Shown here: positions 26,607 through 34,443 of the stretch, piece after piece
Layout: every line of letters starts with the position of its first letter
Position numbering within the stretch: the stretch's first letter is position 1
Virus record (IMG/VR): IMGVR_UViG_3300022863_000003
Coordinates: 1 to 51,693 of that record
DNA: 51,693 bases
From: a virus
Taxonomy: Duplodnaviria; Caudoviricetes
Reading direction: 5' to 3' (one strand)
Position numbers and translations under genes: made by a program
Notes under the pieces: model-generated
The model's database searches: none
Seen by the model: only the letters and a program-made list of their open reading frames with translations
What the model was told of the DNA's origin: nothing

Positions 26607-27722
26607 TTACAGAGGCTGGATGTACGAGGTATCCGAGGTGCTGCCCAGGGTCAGGACCAGGGTAGCGGCGGTGGTCGCCACGGCATTGGTCAGAACTAGG
26701 GTAGTCGGGGTGCCCGCGTACAAGCCGCCGTCGTAAACGGTGCCGATGGAGGTGATCGAGGTGCCGGACACGGCCACGGACATGGCGGCGGGGCGGGGGT
26801 TCAGAATCTGAGCCTCGATAGCCGGGTTGGTGTAGACCGGGGTAGCCGCCGAACGACCGCCGAGAGAAGTGACTTCGGTCGAGGTGGTGTAGCCCGCGCC
26901 GCCAGCGGTGACGGAGGCGCCAGTGGCGGTCCAGCACATGGTGGCGGTGGCAGCGGCAGAAGCGCCGACGCCAGCGATGGTCAGGGTCGGGGCGGAGGAC
27001 TGCGGAGCGCCATTGTTGGTGCAAAGCACGGCGGTCACGGTGCCCGAGCCGGTCAGGGTCGAAACGGCGGTGGCATTCACGATGCTGCCGTAGTTCGGAT
27101 CATAGGGGCTCGGCAACAGGGTCACGCTCGGGGCGGACAGATAACCGGCGCCCTGGTTGGCGATGGTGATGCCGCTAACAGTGCCGCTGGAGATGCTGGC
27201 GTAGGCGGTGGCCTGCACGCCCGGATAGGTCAGGGCGGTGTTGGTCGGGGCCGGGATCAGGACCAACGGGGGAACGGTGTAACCGCTACCGGCGCTGGTG
27301 ATGCTCAGGCTGGTGTTCAGTGCGCCGCCGACGATGGCGCTCCAGAGCGAGCCGCCAGCGGAGGGGCTGACGGTGGTGCTGGCCTGGACGTAGTTGGTGC
27401 CGGCGTTGGTGATCACCGCTCCAATCGGGCAACCCGTCAGATTGGCGATGCGGATGTTCTGGCCGTCAGAATGAATGAACTGAGTGCCCAGCTCGCCGCT
27501 GGTGCCGACCCAAATCCCGGTAATCGGGTCCAGGTACTGGATCAGCGTGTACTTGCCAAGGTTGAGCGCCCAATCGCCGCCGGGGATGGTCAGCGCCTGA
27601 CCGGCAGCGAGGGTGAGTTCGTTGGTGGCGGGCGTGGGGGCCGCGCCGGTCAGCGAAGTGGGGTAGAGGGCTTGCGGGAAAGACAGATTTAATCCCGGGC
27701 CTGAGAGGCGGTTTTGAGCCAT
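26607..27722 (-). CDS. Capsid decoration/minor structural protein
   Basis: 371 aa, S/T/G-rich, strong codon bias; lies between MCP and the terminator. Confidence 0.6.
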   Translation of the reverse strand: MAQNRLSGPGLNLSFPQALYPTSLTGAAPTPATNELTLAAGQALTIPGGDWALNLGKYTLIQYLDPITGIWVGTSGELGTQFIHSDGQNIRIANLTGCPIGAVITNAGTNYVQASTTVSPSAGGSLWSAIVGGALNTSLSITSAGSGYTVPPLVLIPAPTNTALTYPGVQATAYASISSGTVSGITIANQGAGYLSAPSVTLLPSPYDPNYGSIVNATAVSTLTGSGTVTAVLCTNNGAPQSSAPTLTIAGVGASAAATATMCWTATGASVTAGGAGYTTSTEVTSLGGRSAATPVYTNPAIEAQILNPRPAAMSVAVSGTSITSIGTVYDGGLYAGTPTTLVLTNAVATTAATLVLTLGSTSDTSYIQPL

Positions 27723-27749
27723 GATACTTTTTCCTTTCGTCCCAGAATA

Positions 27750-28769
27750 TCAGAAGGCGCTGCCAGCAAAGCCGGTGATGACGGCATTCGCGGACGGCTT
27801 GGCTGTTACAATGTTGTAGCCCAAGATTGTAACACCCTGCTGTCCGATCTGGCCGAGCGGAACCAACGAGTAGAAACCACTGAAATCGAAGGCGGCGTCT
27901 TCGCTCGTGTAGAACGACGTATACTTCATGTTGATGAAGTACGCAGTTCCCTTGGGGCAGAAGTGATCAGCGAAGATCGGCACACCTGCGATATTCACGT
28001 TCGGGAAGGACGACCGGACGGGAGTGCCCATCGAGTATTCACTGCCCGGCTTGGTGAAAATCTGCTCAACGCCGATGAAGTCGTTGTTCAGGGTGGCGAA
28101 GTCACCCGGATTCATCACGCCGAAGGTCGGGGCTTCGCCGCCGGCCACGTCGGTAATCTGGATGATGTACTGGCTCATGGTCTTGCGGGTAAAGCCCGTG
28201 GTCAGGGCGGAAGCGTTGAAGTAGTTGCCCTTCCAAGTCTGGTTGCCCGCGGACAGGCGGTTGATGCCGCCGTAGCTCGGGTAGTTGGTGCCGTTGTCGA
28301 AGCCATCGGCAAAGCCGTTCGGCTGAAGCGAGTTGGTCGAGCCGGAGAACATCAGCGGGGCCAAGTTCTGCACACTCACGGCGTACACGTCGTTCATGCG
28401 GGCCTTCAGCAGAGAAATCTCGCGCTCGCTGGCCTGGATGACGGTTTCGCCGAAGGGCAGGGGGACCGGAACAACCCAATAGCAGGTGTTGAACTGCGCG
28501 TCCTGGATACCGGGAGTGATGTTCGGCTGGTTGAAGCCGCCGCCGTAGCCGGTGAACTGGCCCTGGACCATGCTCTGGCCCTGCACCGGGATGGTGATCT
28601 GGCTCAAGCCGCCCGCGACCTTCTGGGCGTTGCCCATCAGATAAAAGAACGTGGGGGTTGAGTAGTACATCTGCACAAACAACCTTGGGACGAAAGCTCT
28701 ACGAGTTACCGAAGAAAGCTCCCCATACAGACTTCCAGTAGGAACGGCCCCAGTACCAGGAATAGCCAT
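27750..28769 (-). CDS. Major capsid protein
   Basis: 339 aa, AAAGGAG SD; YGGINR and GVPIFADHFCPKGTAYFIN C-terminal pattern; synteny. Confidence 0.8.
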   Translation of the reverse strand: MAIPGTGAVPTGSLYGELSSVTRRAFVPRLFVQMYYSTPTFFYLMGNAQKVAGGLSQITIPVQGQSMVQGQFTGYGGGFNQPNITPGIQDAQFNTCYWVVPVPLPFGETVIQASEREISLLKARMNDVYAVSVQNLAPLMFSGSTNSLQPNGFADGFDNGTNYPSYGGINRLSAGNQTWKGNYFNASALTTGFTRKTMSQYIIQITDVAGGEAPTFGVMNPGDFATLNNDFIGVEQIFTKPGSEYSMGTPVRSSFPNVNIAGVPIFADHFCPKGTAYFINMKYTSFYTSEDAAFDFSGFYSLVPLGQIGQQGVTILGYNIVTAKPSANAVITGFAGSAF

Positions 28770-28836
28770 GATGAAACTCCTTTACTTACGGAATGATCCC
28801 GGCTACACTCATCTCGTACTTGTAGAGGAGAGCAAC

Positions 28837-29631
28837 ATGCCGATTGTTAAAAACTGCGAGAATTGCGCCAAGCAGTTCTCGGTGAAGCCCAAAGACCACG
28901 CGCGCAAATTCTGCTGCGTGACGTGCCTTCGGGAATACGAAAGCGTCCACGGTCGGGCCGTCAGCCGCGTACCGCGTATTGAAATCCCGTGCAAGATTTG
29001 CGGGACGGTAATCTCCCTTCGCCCAGGGGATATCGCTACCTACCGAAACAAGCACGGGAAAGACCCGCAGTACTGCTCGGCAAAGTGCATGGGCGCGGGC
29101 TTTCGCGCGGCGGCGGAAAGCCGGAATGTGTTCGCCTGCGAGCATTGCGGGAAAGAGCATTCCATGAAGAAATTTCAGGGCGACGGGCGTGTGGTCTACT
29201 ACCGAGCGCAACGCTTTTGCAGCAAGGAATGTATGTACGCCTACCGCGTCGAGCACCGCGCCACTGAGTTCGCTAAGTCCGTTGCCGAAGGCGAAGGCTT
29301 CCCCCGCCACCAAAAGCGGAATGGCTACTGGGGCGTGTCGGTCCCGTCCGGCGTCACCGGAAAGAAGCACTCGGTTTTCGAGCACCGCTTCGTCATGGAG
29401 CAGCACATCGGGAGAAAGCTTCTCCCCGAGGAAACCGTCCATCACGTTGACGGAAACCGGAGCGACAACGCGCTGGGGAACCTCGAACTGTTTTCCAGTC
29501 GGCACGGCCCCGGCCCGCGCGTCATCGATAAAGTCGCGTTCGCAATCGCCATGCTTCAGCAATATCCCGACTTCGCTGCCGAAGCCGGGTTCAAGCTGTG
29601 CAAAATTGGCGACTGCGGCTGCGGTCATTAA
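28837..29631 (+). CDS. Free-standing HNH endonuclease with three Zn-finger repeats, antisense to the head operon
   Basis: GAGGAG SD; three CxxC...(F/Y)CxxxC units; EHRFVMEQHIGRKL.PEETVHHVDGNRSDNALGNLEL. Confidence 0.9.
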   Translation: MPIVKNCENCAKQFSVKPKDHARKFCCVTCLREYESVHGRAVSRVPRIEIPCKICGTVISLRPGDIATYRNKHGKDPQYCSAKCMGAGFRAAAESRNVFACEHCGKEHSMKKFQGDGRVVYYRAQRFCSKECMYAYRVEHRATEFAKSVAEGEGFPRHQKRNGYWGVSVPSGVTGKKHSVFEHRFVMEQHIGRKLLPEETVHHVDGNRSDNALGNLELFSSRHGPGPRVIDKVAFAIAMLQQYPDFAAEAGFKLCKIGDCGCGH

Positions 29632-30203
29632 CGCCCCCGCACCGAGCGCAGGGTGTCGTTGATGGCGGCATTCAACGCCATTTCGTTATCCGGGTTCTCA
29701 TAGAGCGCCTTCATGTGGTCACTGGTGCGGTCAGCCGGTTCGAAAATATCGAAGCGGTTGCCCCCGGTGGCCTTGATAGGCTCGTGAGCGGGGTGGAGCT
29801 TTTCGAAGGCGGCGGCACCGATCTCGTGATCAGCGATACCCTTGTCCTCCATGAACTTCTCGACCTCGGTCAGCCCCTCGTCCGTGTAACCGGACGAACG
29901 CAGACCGGCCCGACCGCGATCCCAGCGGGACTGCAACTCGGACATGCGCTTCTCTTTCTCGCGTTCGGCCTTATCGGCAGCCTGCGAGGTGGCGAACTCG
30001 TCCAAACGGCTGTTCAGCTTGACGAATTCTTGGCGCAGCGGTTCACCGGCATCCAGTTCGGGGATGACCATGTTCGGGTTGAGGGTCTTCTGAGCTTCCA
30101 GAATCTGCCGGCGGGTCTTGGGGTTATTCAGCATCTGCTGCATAACGTTCGTGACCTGTCTGTAGCTGGCGAGTTCGGTGTCTTCGATCTCGACGAGCGC
30201 CAT
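29628..30203 (-). CDS. Capsid scaffolding protein (putative)
   Basis: 191 aa, charged and helical; upstream of MCP. Confidence 0.6.
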   Translation of the reverse strand: MALVEIEDTELASYRQVTNVMQQMLNNPKTRRQILEAQKTLNPNMVIPELDAGEPLRQEFVKLNSRLDEFATSQAADKAEREKEKRMSELQSRWDRGRAGLRSSGYTDEGLTEVEKFMEDKGIADHEIGAAAFEKLHPAHEPIKATGGNRFDIFEPADRTSDHMKALYENPDNEMALNAAINDTLRSVRGR

Positions 30204-30205
30204 GA

Positions 30206-30373
30206 TTAGCCTCGGTTCGGAACGTGGGAGATGCTCATGTCAGAGGACTTCTCCGACCGAGGCAAATGGTCCTTGCGACCGGCGATCTCGTTCTGGTCCA
30301 TCGGGGTCCGAACGATCTGCGAGTCAGAATTCTTGGGGATCGACTTGGTGTCGTTCTGCCAGATATTAACCAT
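30206..30373 (-). CDS. Small hypothetical protein (55 aa), not in the ORF track
   Basis: MVNIWQNDTKSIPKNSDSQIVRTPMDQ...; AAGGA SD; fills the gap exactly. Confidence 0.65.
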   Translation of the reverse strand: MVNIWQNDTKSIPKNSDSQIVRTPMDQNEIAGRKDHLPRSEKSSDMSISHVPNRG

Positions 30374-30385
30374 CGTCTGAATTCC

Positions 30386-30802
30386 TTAAGCTTGAGGCGG
30401 AGCGCCGGGTGGCGTCCCCTGCTGTTGTCCCGGCTGCATGGCGCGCATCGCGGCGATCTGCGGGGCCATCTGCTTCTGCTGCTGCATCAAGCGTTCCATC
30501 GTGGACTGCTGGATGCCTGGAGAAACGGCGCCGGGCGGGACATGCTTGGCGAGATTGCTCAACGCTTTCACTAAGTCCTTGCCCGGCTCCGAACCAACTC
30601 CCAGTAACGGGATGGTTTCTTCCATAAGCCGGATGATCACGCTCAAACGGGACAGACCCGCAGCTTCATGCCCCCTGTTCGGAACGGGTTGACTGACCGG
30701 GGAGGAGCCAAAAGGCGGCTGACCCGGTGCAGAACCTGCGCCGGCTCCGGGAGGAGCGGGGGGCGCTACGGGAGCGCCTGGGGGAGCGGGAACTTCCGGC
30801 AT
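30386..30802 (-). CDS. Pro/Gln-rich head-associated protein
   Basis: 138 aa with low-complexity ends. Confidence 0.65.
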   Translation of the reverse strand: MPEVPAPPGAPVAPPAPPGAGAGSAPGQPPFGSSPVSQPVPNRGHEAAGLSRLSVIIRLMEETIPLLGVGSEPGKDLVKALSNLAKHVPPGAVSPGIQQSTMERLMQQQKQMAPQIAAMRAMQPGQQQGTPPGAPPQA

Positions 30803-30806
30803 GGAA

Positions 30807-30842
30807 TTACTTGCGACCCTTGCGGTGCGACTTGCGAGCCAT
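30807..30842 (-). CDS. 11-aa basic micropeptide MARKSHRKGRK
   Basis: GGAGG SD 5 nt upstream; stop 4 nt before the next ATG. Confidence 0.55.
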   Translation of the reverse strand: MARKSHRKGRK

Positions 30843-30966
30843 GATGGCCTCCATGTCTAAGGTTACGACGTGATCCCAAGGGACTCCTCTGTCAACAACC
30901 GCCACCAACGTCCGTAGACCTTGAAGGCAACTGCCTCGGGTTCATTGCTACCATGGCCTGTTCTTA

Positions 30967-30995
30967 TTGACGGGGAAACTTGGAGGATGTAGCCT
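30967..30995 (+). promoter_or_regulatory. Sigma70-type promoter
   Basis: TTGACG-N17-TAGCCT upstream of the HTH gene. Confidence 0.6.
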
Positions 30996-31030
30996 GTTGC
31001 CTGTTTAGGGGCTATCCGAAGGGTAACAGC

Positions 31031-31210
31031 GTGTTTGAGGAATGGCTTACCGTTAAGCAAGCCGCCGCATACTGTGGCGTGTCCCGCTGGTTCTTATCGG
31101 ACCACCGGGGCGACGGGGTTGGCCCGCCCTGCCACCAACGTGGTGTGCGCGTTCTTTATTCACGGCCCGAGCTAGACGACTGGATTAAACGCAATCGAAG
31201 GGGACGCTAA
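31031..31210 (+). CDS. AlpA/excisionase-like HTH DNA-binding protein
   Basis: WLTVKQAAAYCGVS..L...R..G.GPP....G.RVLYSRPELDDW. Confidence 0.8.
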   Translation: MFEEWLTVKQAAAYCGVSRWFLSDHRGDGVGPPCHQRGVRVLYSRPELDDWIKRNRRGR

Positions 31211-31555
31211 ATGGCCGATATTTTTGTGGTGACTGTCACTTACGGGCCGCGCGCCACGCAGGACAGTCTATTCTTTAAGACCCTGGCCGCTGCCCAGACC
31301 GCCGAAGGGCAGTTCTGCGAAGGCGCCTTGGTGTCGCCGGATGACTTCGGCAACAATCTGTCGGTGTTCGGGGAGTTGCAGTCGGTGCGCCTGTCCCACA
31401 TGGAAAAATCGTTGGACGTGCAGATTGAGCAGTCGATTTGGCACGCTCGGGCTCAGGCCAAGACGCAGCGGCTCGCCTCGGCGGACCCGGTGTTGAAGCT
31501 GGGCGGCGGTTTGCCCGTGGCCGGCGGAAACATCACGCCGTTTACGGGGCGGTAA
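31211..31555 (+). CDS. Hypothetical protein
   Basis: 114 aa, abuts the HTH gene. Confidence 0.7.
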   Translation: MADIFVVTVTYGPRATQDSLFFKTLAAAQTAEGQFCEGALVSPDDFGNNLSVFGELQSVRLSHMEKSLDVQIEQSIWHARAQAKTQRLASADPVLKLGGGLPVAGGNITPFTGR

Positions 31556-31558
31556 GAG

Positions 31559-31588
31559 AAAGGGGGCCGCGGAGGCCCCCTTTTTTTT
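31559..31588. terminator. Bidirectional terminator
   Basis: AAAGGGGGCC-GCGGA-GGCCCCCTTTTTTTT between convergent genes. Confidence 0.85.
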
Positions 31589-33248
31589 ATTTCTTGGGCT
31601 TCTGGTGTGTCAAGAGTTCGGGGTGCTCTTTAATCATCTCGGCCTTCTGCTTTTGCATCTTGATGTATCTCTGCTTCAAAAGCTCGCGGCTGGGAAACGG
31701 CAAAAGGTCAATCGCGGAATCGCCGCCGATAAAACCAGCCTTCATACCGAAAGCAATTAATTCCTGGTGATTTTCAGCGAAAATCGGGGAGGATGAGTGG
31801 CTGTCCACCGTAATCCGGCGGTCTTCCGGCAAATCCGCCAGTAGGAACTCGCTCGGCTCCCCTTCTGTGGGGTCGGTGAAGTAGGCTTGAGCGTCTTTCG
31901 CCTGGAGCAAGTCCAGCGTCTTGTCGGCGGCGCTGGCGCACTGCCGCTCTACCATCAACGCGCGGTCTTTGAGGCGCGGCGAGGCCATTTTAATCATCTT
32001 ATCGGCTTGATCCCCCGACCGGACGCCGGGCTCACCCTGCCCGCCGAGCATATTGCCGAAGCCGCTGACCTCATCCATCTGCCGCTTGAGCATTTCTATG
32101 GCCTGGAACGCGGCGGCGGGTAGCTGGGGGGTCAAATCCTCGACAGACCCCCCCGGGCCGAGGTTAGCGTAGCCGCTGGAGCGGAATTGATCGTAAAGTT
32201 CGTCTGTCATGCCCTCGGAGCCGCCAAAAGCGAGCAATTTATCGTACTGGACGCCCATGACGCGCCGGATGTCCTCCAGCCACGTCGCTAAAAGCCCTTG
32301 CGGCGCCATCAAATCGACAATTTCTGACCTCCCCCAACAATAGCCGGGCACTCGATTGGCCTGAACCAGGGTAAACGGCTGGACTTTGGGGGCGAATTGG
32401 TTGGTACGCTTGAACTGCGGGCTGACCAGGATGTCCGGTTCCAGCAACAGGATGGTCACATAGTCCTCGGTGGCCTCGTCCTTAACGTAAATCTCGTGAT
32501 AAGACACCAGATCAGTGTTTATCTCCGGCCCGAGGAGCGCCGAAGACGGGTCATTCCCCAATTGCACCACGCCGCCGGGCTGAACGCGCTGCGTGGTCAG
32601 GTCCGTGTTGAGCGTGCTGGTGGAGATGACTTGGTGGAAGAAACTGGTGTTCGTGTCGTCCCCCGCATCCCGGCGCGCATGGGCCAGAATACGCTTGTAC
32701 ATGTCCTCCGCCCCCGAGAGATGGCTAATCCGGCGCCACACCTCGTGGATGGTCATGTGACCGCTTTCGCAAACGGCCTCCTGGTCATCCAGATTGTTGA
32801 TGTCCTCGCGGTACACGCCGAACTGCCAGGGCATCAGCAGCGTGGCCTCGACGCCGGAGTGCCCCCACATCTGCTTGACGATGGCCGCGCCGTAATCCAG
32901 CGACACGCCGACCGCGGAGCCGAACAGCATGTCGATGTCCTTGCGTTCCCACTCACGGGTGATGACCCGCGCCGCCATCTCGCCCTTGTGCAGGGTTTCC
33001 GCGGGGTAGTGAGCCTCAAAGTCCATCGTGAACCGCAGCTCTGCCGGACTGAAAAGGTGCGAGGCGAGCCGATCATTGTGGGCGTAGAGAGTGTTGATCA
33101 GCGCCCGCTGGCCGGTATTCTGCCCGGTCTGAATCCACATGTTCTGCACCCGGGCCAAGGCGGCACGCTGCGAGGCCGACGCCCGGCAGGTTTCCTTGAT
33201 ATCGATAGCCTTGGCGATCAGGTCTTTTTTGCTGCTGGGGAGAATCAT
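31587..33248 (-). CDS. Portal protein
   Basis: 553 aa; N.LY..ND.LASHLF, YCWGRSEI..L...Q; synteny between terminase and capsid. Confidence 0.8.
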   Translation of the reverse strand: MILPSSKKDLIAKAIDIKETCRASASQRAALARVQNMWIQTGQNTGQRALINTLYAHNDRLASHLFSPAELRFTMDFEAHYPAETLHKGEMAARVITREWERKDIDMLFGSAVGVSLDYGAAIVKQMWGHSGVEATLLMPWQFGVYREDINNLDDQEAVCESGHMTIHEVWRRISHLSGAEDMYKRILAHARRDAGDDTNTSFFHQVISTSTLNTDLTTQRVQPGGVVQLGNDPSSALLGPEINTDLVSYHEIYVKDEATEDYVTILLLEPDILVSPQFKRTNQFAPKVQPFTLVQANRVPGYCWGRSEIVDLMAPQGLLATWLEDIRRVMGVQYDKLLAFGGSEGMTDELYDQFRSSGYANLGPGGSVEDLTPQLPAAAFQAIEMLKRQMDEVSGFGNMLGGQGEPGVRSGDQADKMIKMASPRLKDRALMVERQCASAADKTLDLLQAKDAQAYFTDPTEGEPSEFLLADLPEDRRITVDSHSSSPIFAENHQELIAFGMKAGFIGGDSAIDLLPFPSRELLKQRYIKMQKQKAEMIKEHPELLTHQKPKK

Positions 33249-33360
33249 GGTCTTGCTTTCCGGTCACAGTGGCCGTAGGATTTGCCTCTCCCAAGAGGGT
33301 TGCTTTCGGACGCGCCCTAGACTTTAAGCCCCCTGTGTTTGCGCACCGGGGGCTTTTCTT

Positions 33361-33894
33361 TTAGCTGCCGTTGTACGATCCCTGCTGCCCCGAACGCGCA
33401 ACCTGGGCGGCGCGTTGCTGGTGGTTTGCGACGATACCCTGGCGGGCGGATTCTCCGGCACGGGCGAAGGGGCCGCTGTTGGTGGAGGCCGCGAAGGACG
33501 CCGCCTGACTGGCCGACTGCAAACCGCCGACGCCTGTCTGCGCCATGAAGTTGCTGACCGGATTGGCCGCAACTACGTTTGAGGTTTCACCCTCGCGGGT
33601 GTTGTCCTTGATGTCCGTGACCTTCATGGCGCTCATGTCGGACACGTCGCAACCAAGATGTTCCGCCGCCATTGCCGCCCGCTGGGCCGAGCCGTCCTCC
33701 ATGCCACGATAAACGGCATCGCCGGTTTTACCGATGGACTTGGCGATACGCGGGGCCGAGAGTTCCGGCTGCACGTCGCTGGTGGACGCGCCGCAGAGCG
33801 GGCAGAAAGCCGGGGGCTCGTCCGTGCTGCGCATATGCAGATGGTCAAAAATACCCTGGCAGTCGGGGCATTGGTAGCTGCGCATGACCGGCAT
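33361..33894 (-). CDS. FmdB-like Zn-ribbon protein
   Basis: MP...YQCPDCQGIF...CPLCG. Confidence 0.75.
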   Translation of the reverse strand: MPVMRSYQCPDCQGIFDHLHMRSTDEPPAFCPLCGASTSDVQPELSAPRIAKSIGKTGDAVYRGMEDGSAQRAAMAAEHLGCDVSDMSAMKVTDIKDNTREGETSNVVAANPVSNFMAQTGVGGLQSASQAASFAASTNSGPFARAGESARQGIVANHQQRAAQVARSGQQGSYNGS

Positions 33895-33899
33895 GGCGG

Positions 33900-34187
33900 T
33901 TAGACCGCCGGAGCGGGTTCAACGGCAGGAGCCGGTTCGGGAGTCGGGGCCACTGGGGCGGGTTCGACAACCGGAGTGGGCTCGACGACGGGGGCCGGCT
34001 GCGCATCGGCAGCGGCGACCTCGTGAACCCATTCAGCGACCTCGGAGAACACCAGCCAGCCGCCATCGGCCAGGACTTCTCGCCACTGGCCGTTCCAGAA
34101 GGCGGCGCGAACGGTAACGCCGTTGTCCGTCACGCTAACGAACACGCCCTCGGGCGGCAGATTGGAAATCGGGTAGCTCATTCTCAA
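33900..34187 (-). CDS. Hypothetical protein with a Pro-rich tail
   Basis: About 93-95 aa, GAGGAG SD. Confidence 0.6.
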   Translation of the reverse strand: MRMSYPISNLPPEGVFVSVTDNGVTVRAAFWNGQWREVLADGGWLVFSEVAEWVHEVAAADAQPAPVVEPTPVVEPAPVAPTPEPAPAVEPAPAV

Positions 34188-34194
34188 AAACTCC

Positions 34195-34443
34195 TCAAGC
34201 CGTCAACTCTTTGACCGTCCACATGACGGACTCTTCAAGCGCGGTCAGCCCGAGAGAGCGATAGCGCCCCGGCTTGACCTGTTCAAACAGCTGCTCCAAC
34301 TCGGCAGCTTTGGCCTTTATGTCGTCATGCAGCAACTTCTCGGCGTCAGTCAGCGCACGGTAGCGGGGCCGGAACCGCGAAACTGGTTCGGCGACGTCAC
34401 TCGACTGACGGGCGTCGGGTGCTCCCTCGAAGACATTGCTCAC
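34195..34443 (-). CDS. Acb2-like (anti-CBASS cyclic-nucleotide sponge) protein
   Basis: YRALTDAE..HDDIK....L....PGRYRSLGLTALEESVMWTVKELT matches the Acb2/Vs.4 pattern. Confidence 0.65.
   Translation of the reverse strand: MSNVFEGAPDARQSSDVAEPVSRFRPRYRALTDAEKLLHDDIKAKAAELEQLFEQVKPGRYRSLGLTALEESVMWTVKELTA

Noticed and set aside
27714-28661. Long antisense ORFs over MCP, portal, FkbM, primase and others
   Set aside because: Shadow frames expected from GC-rich codon bias; no motifs, SD or coupling.
33326-33362. Hairpin AAGCCCCC/GGGGGCTT as terminator of the late operon
   Set aside because: The U-tract is on the + strand, opposite to the flanking genes; function unclear, so not called.
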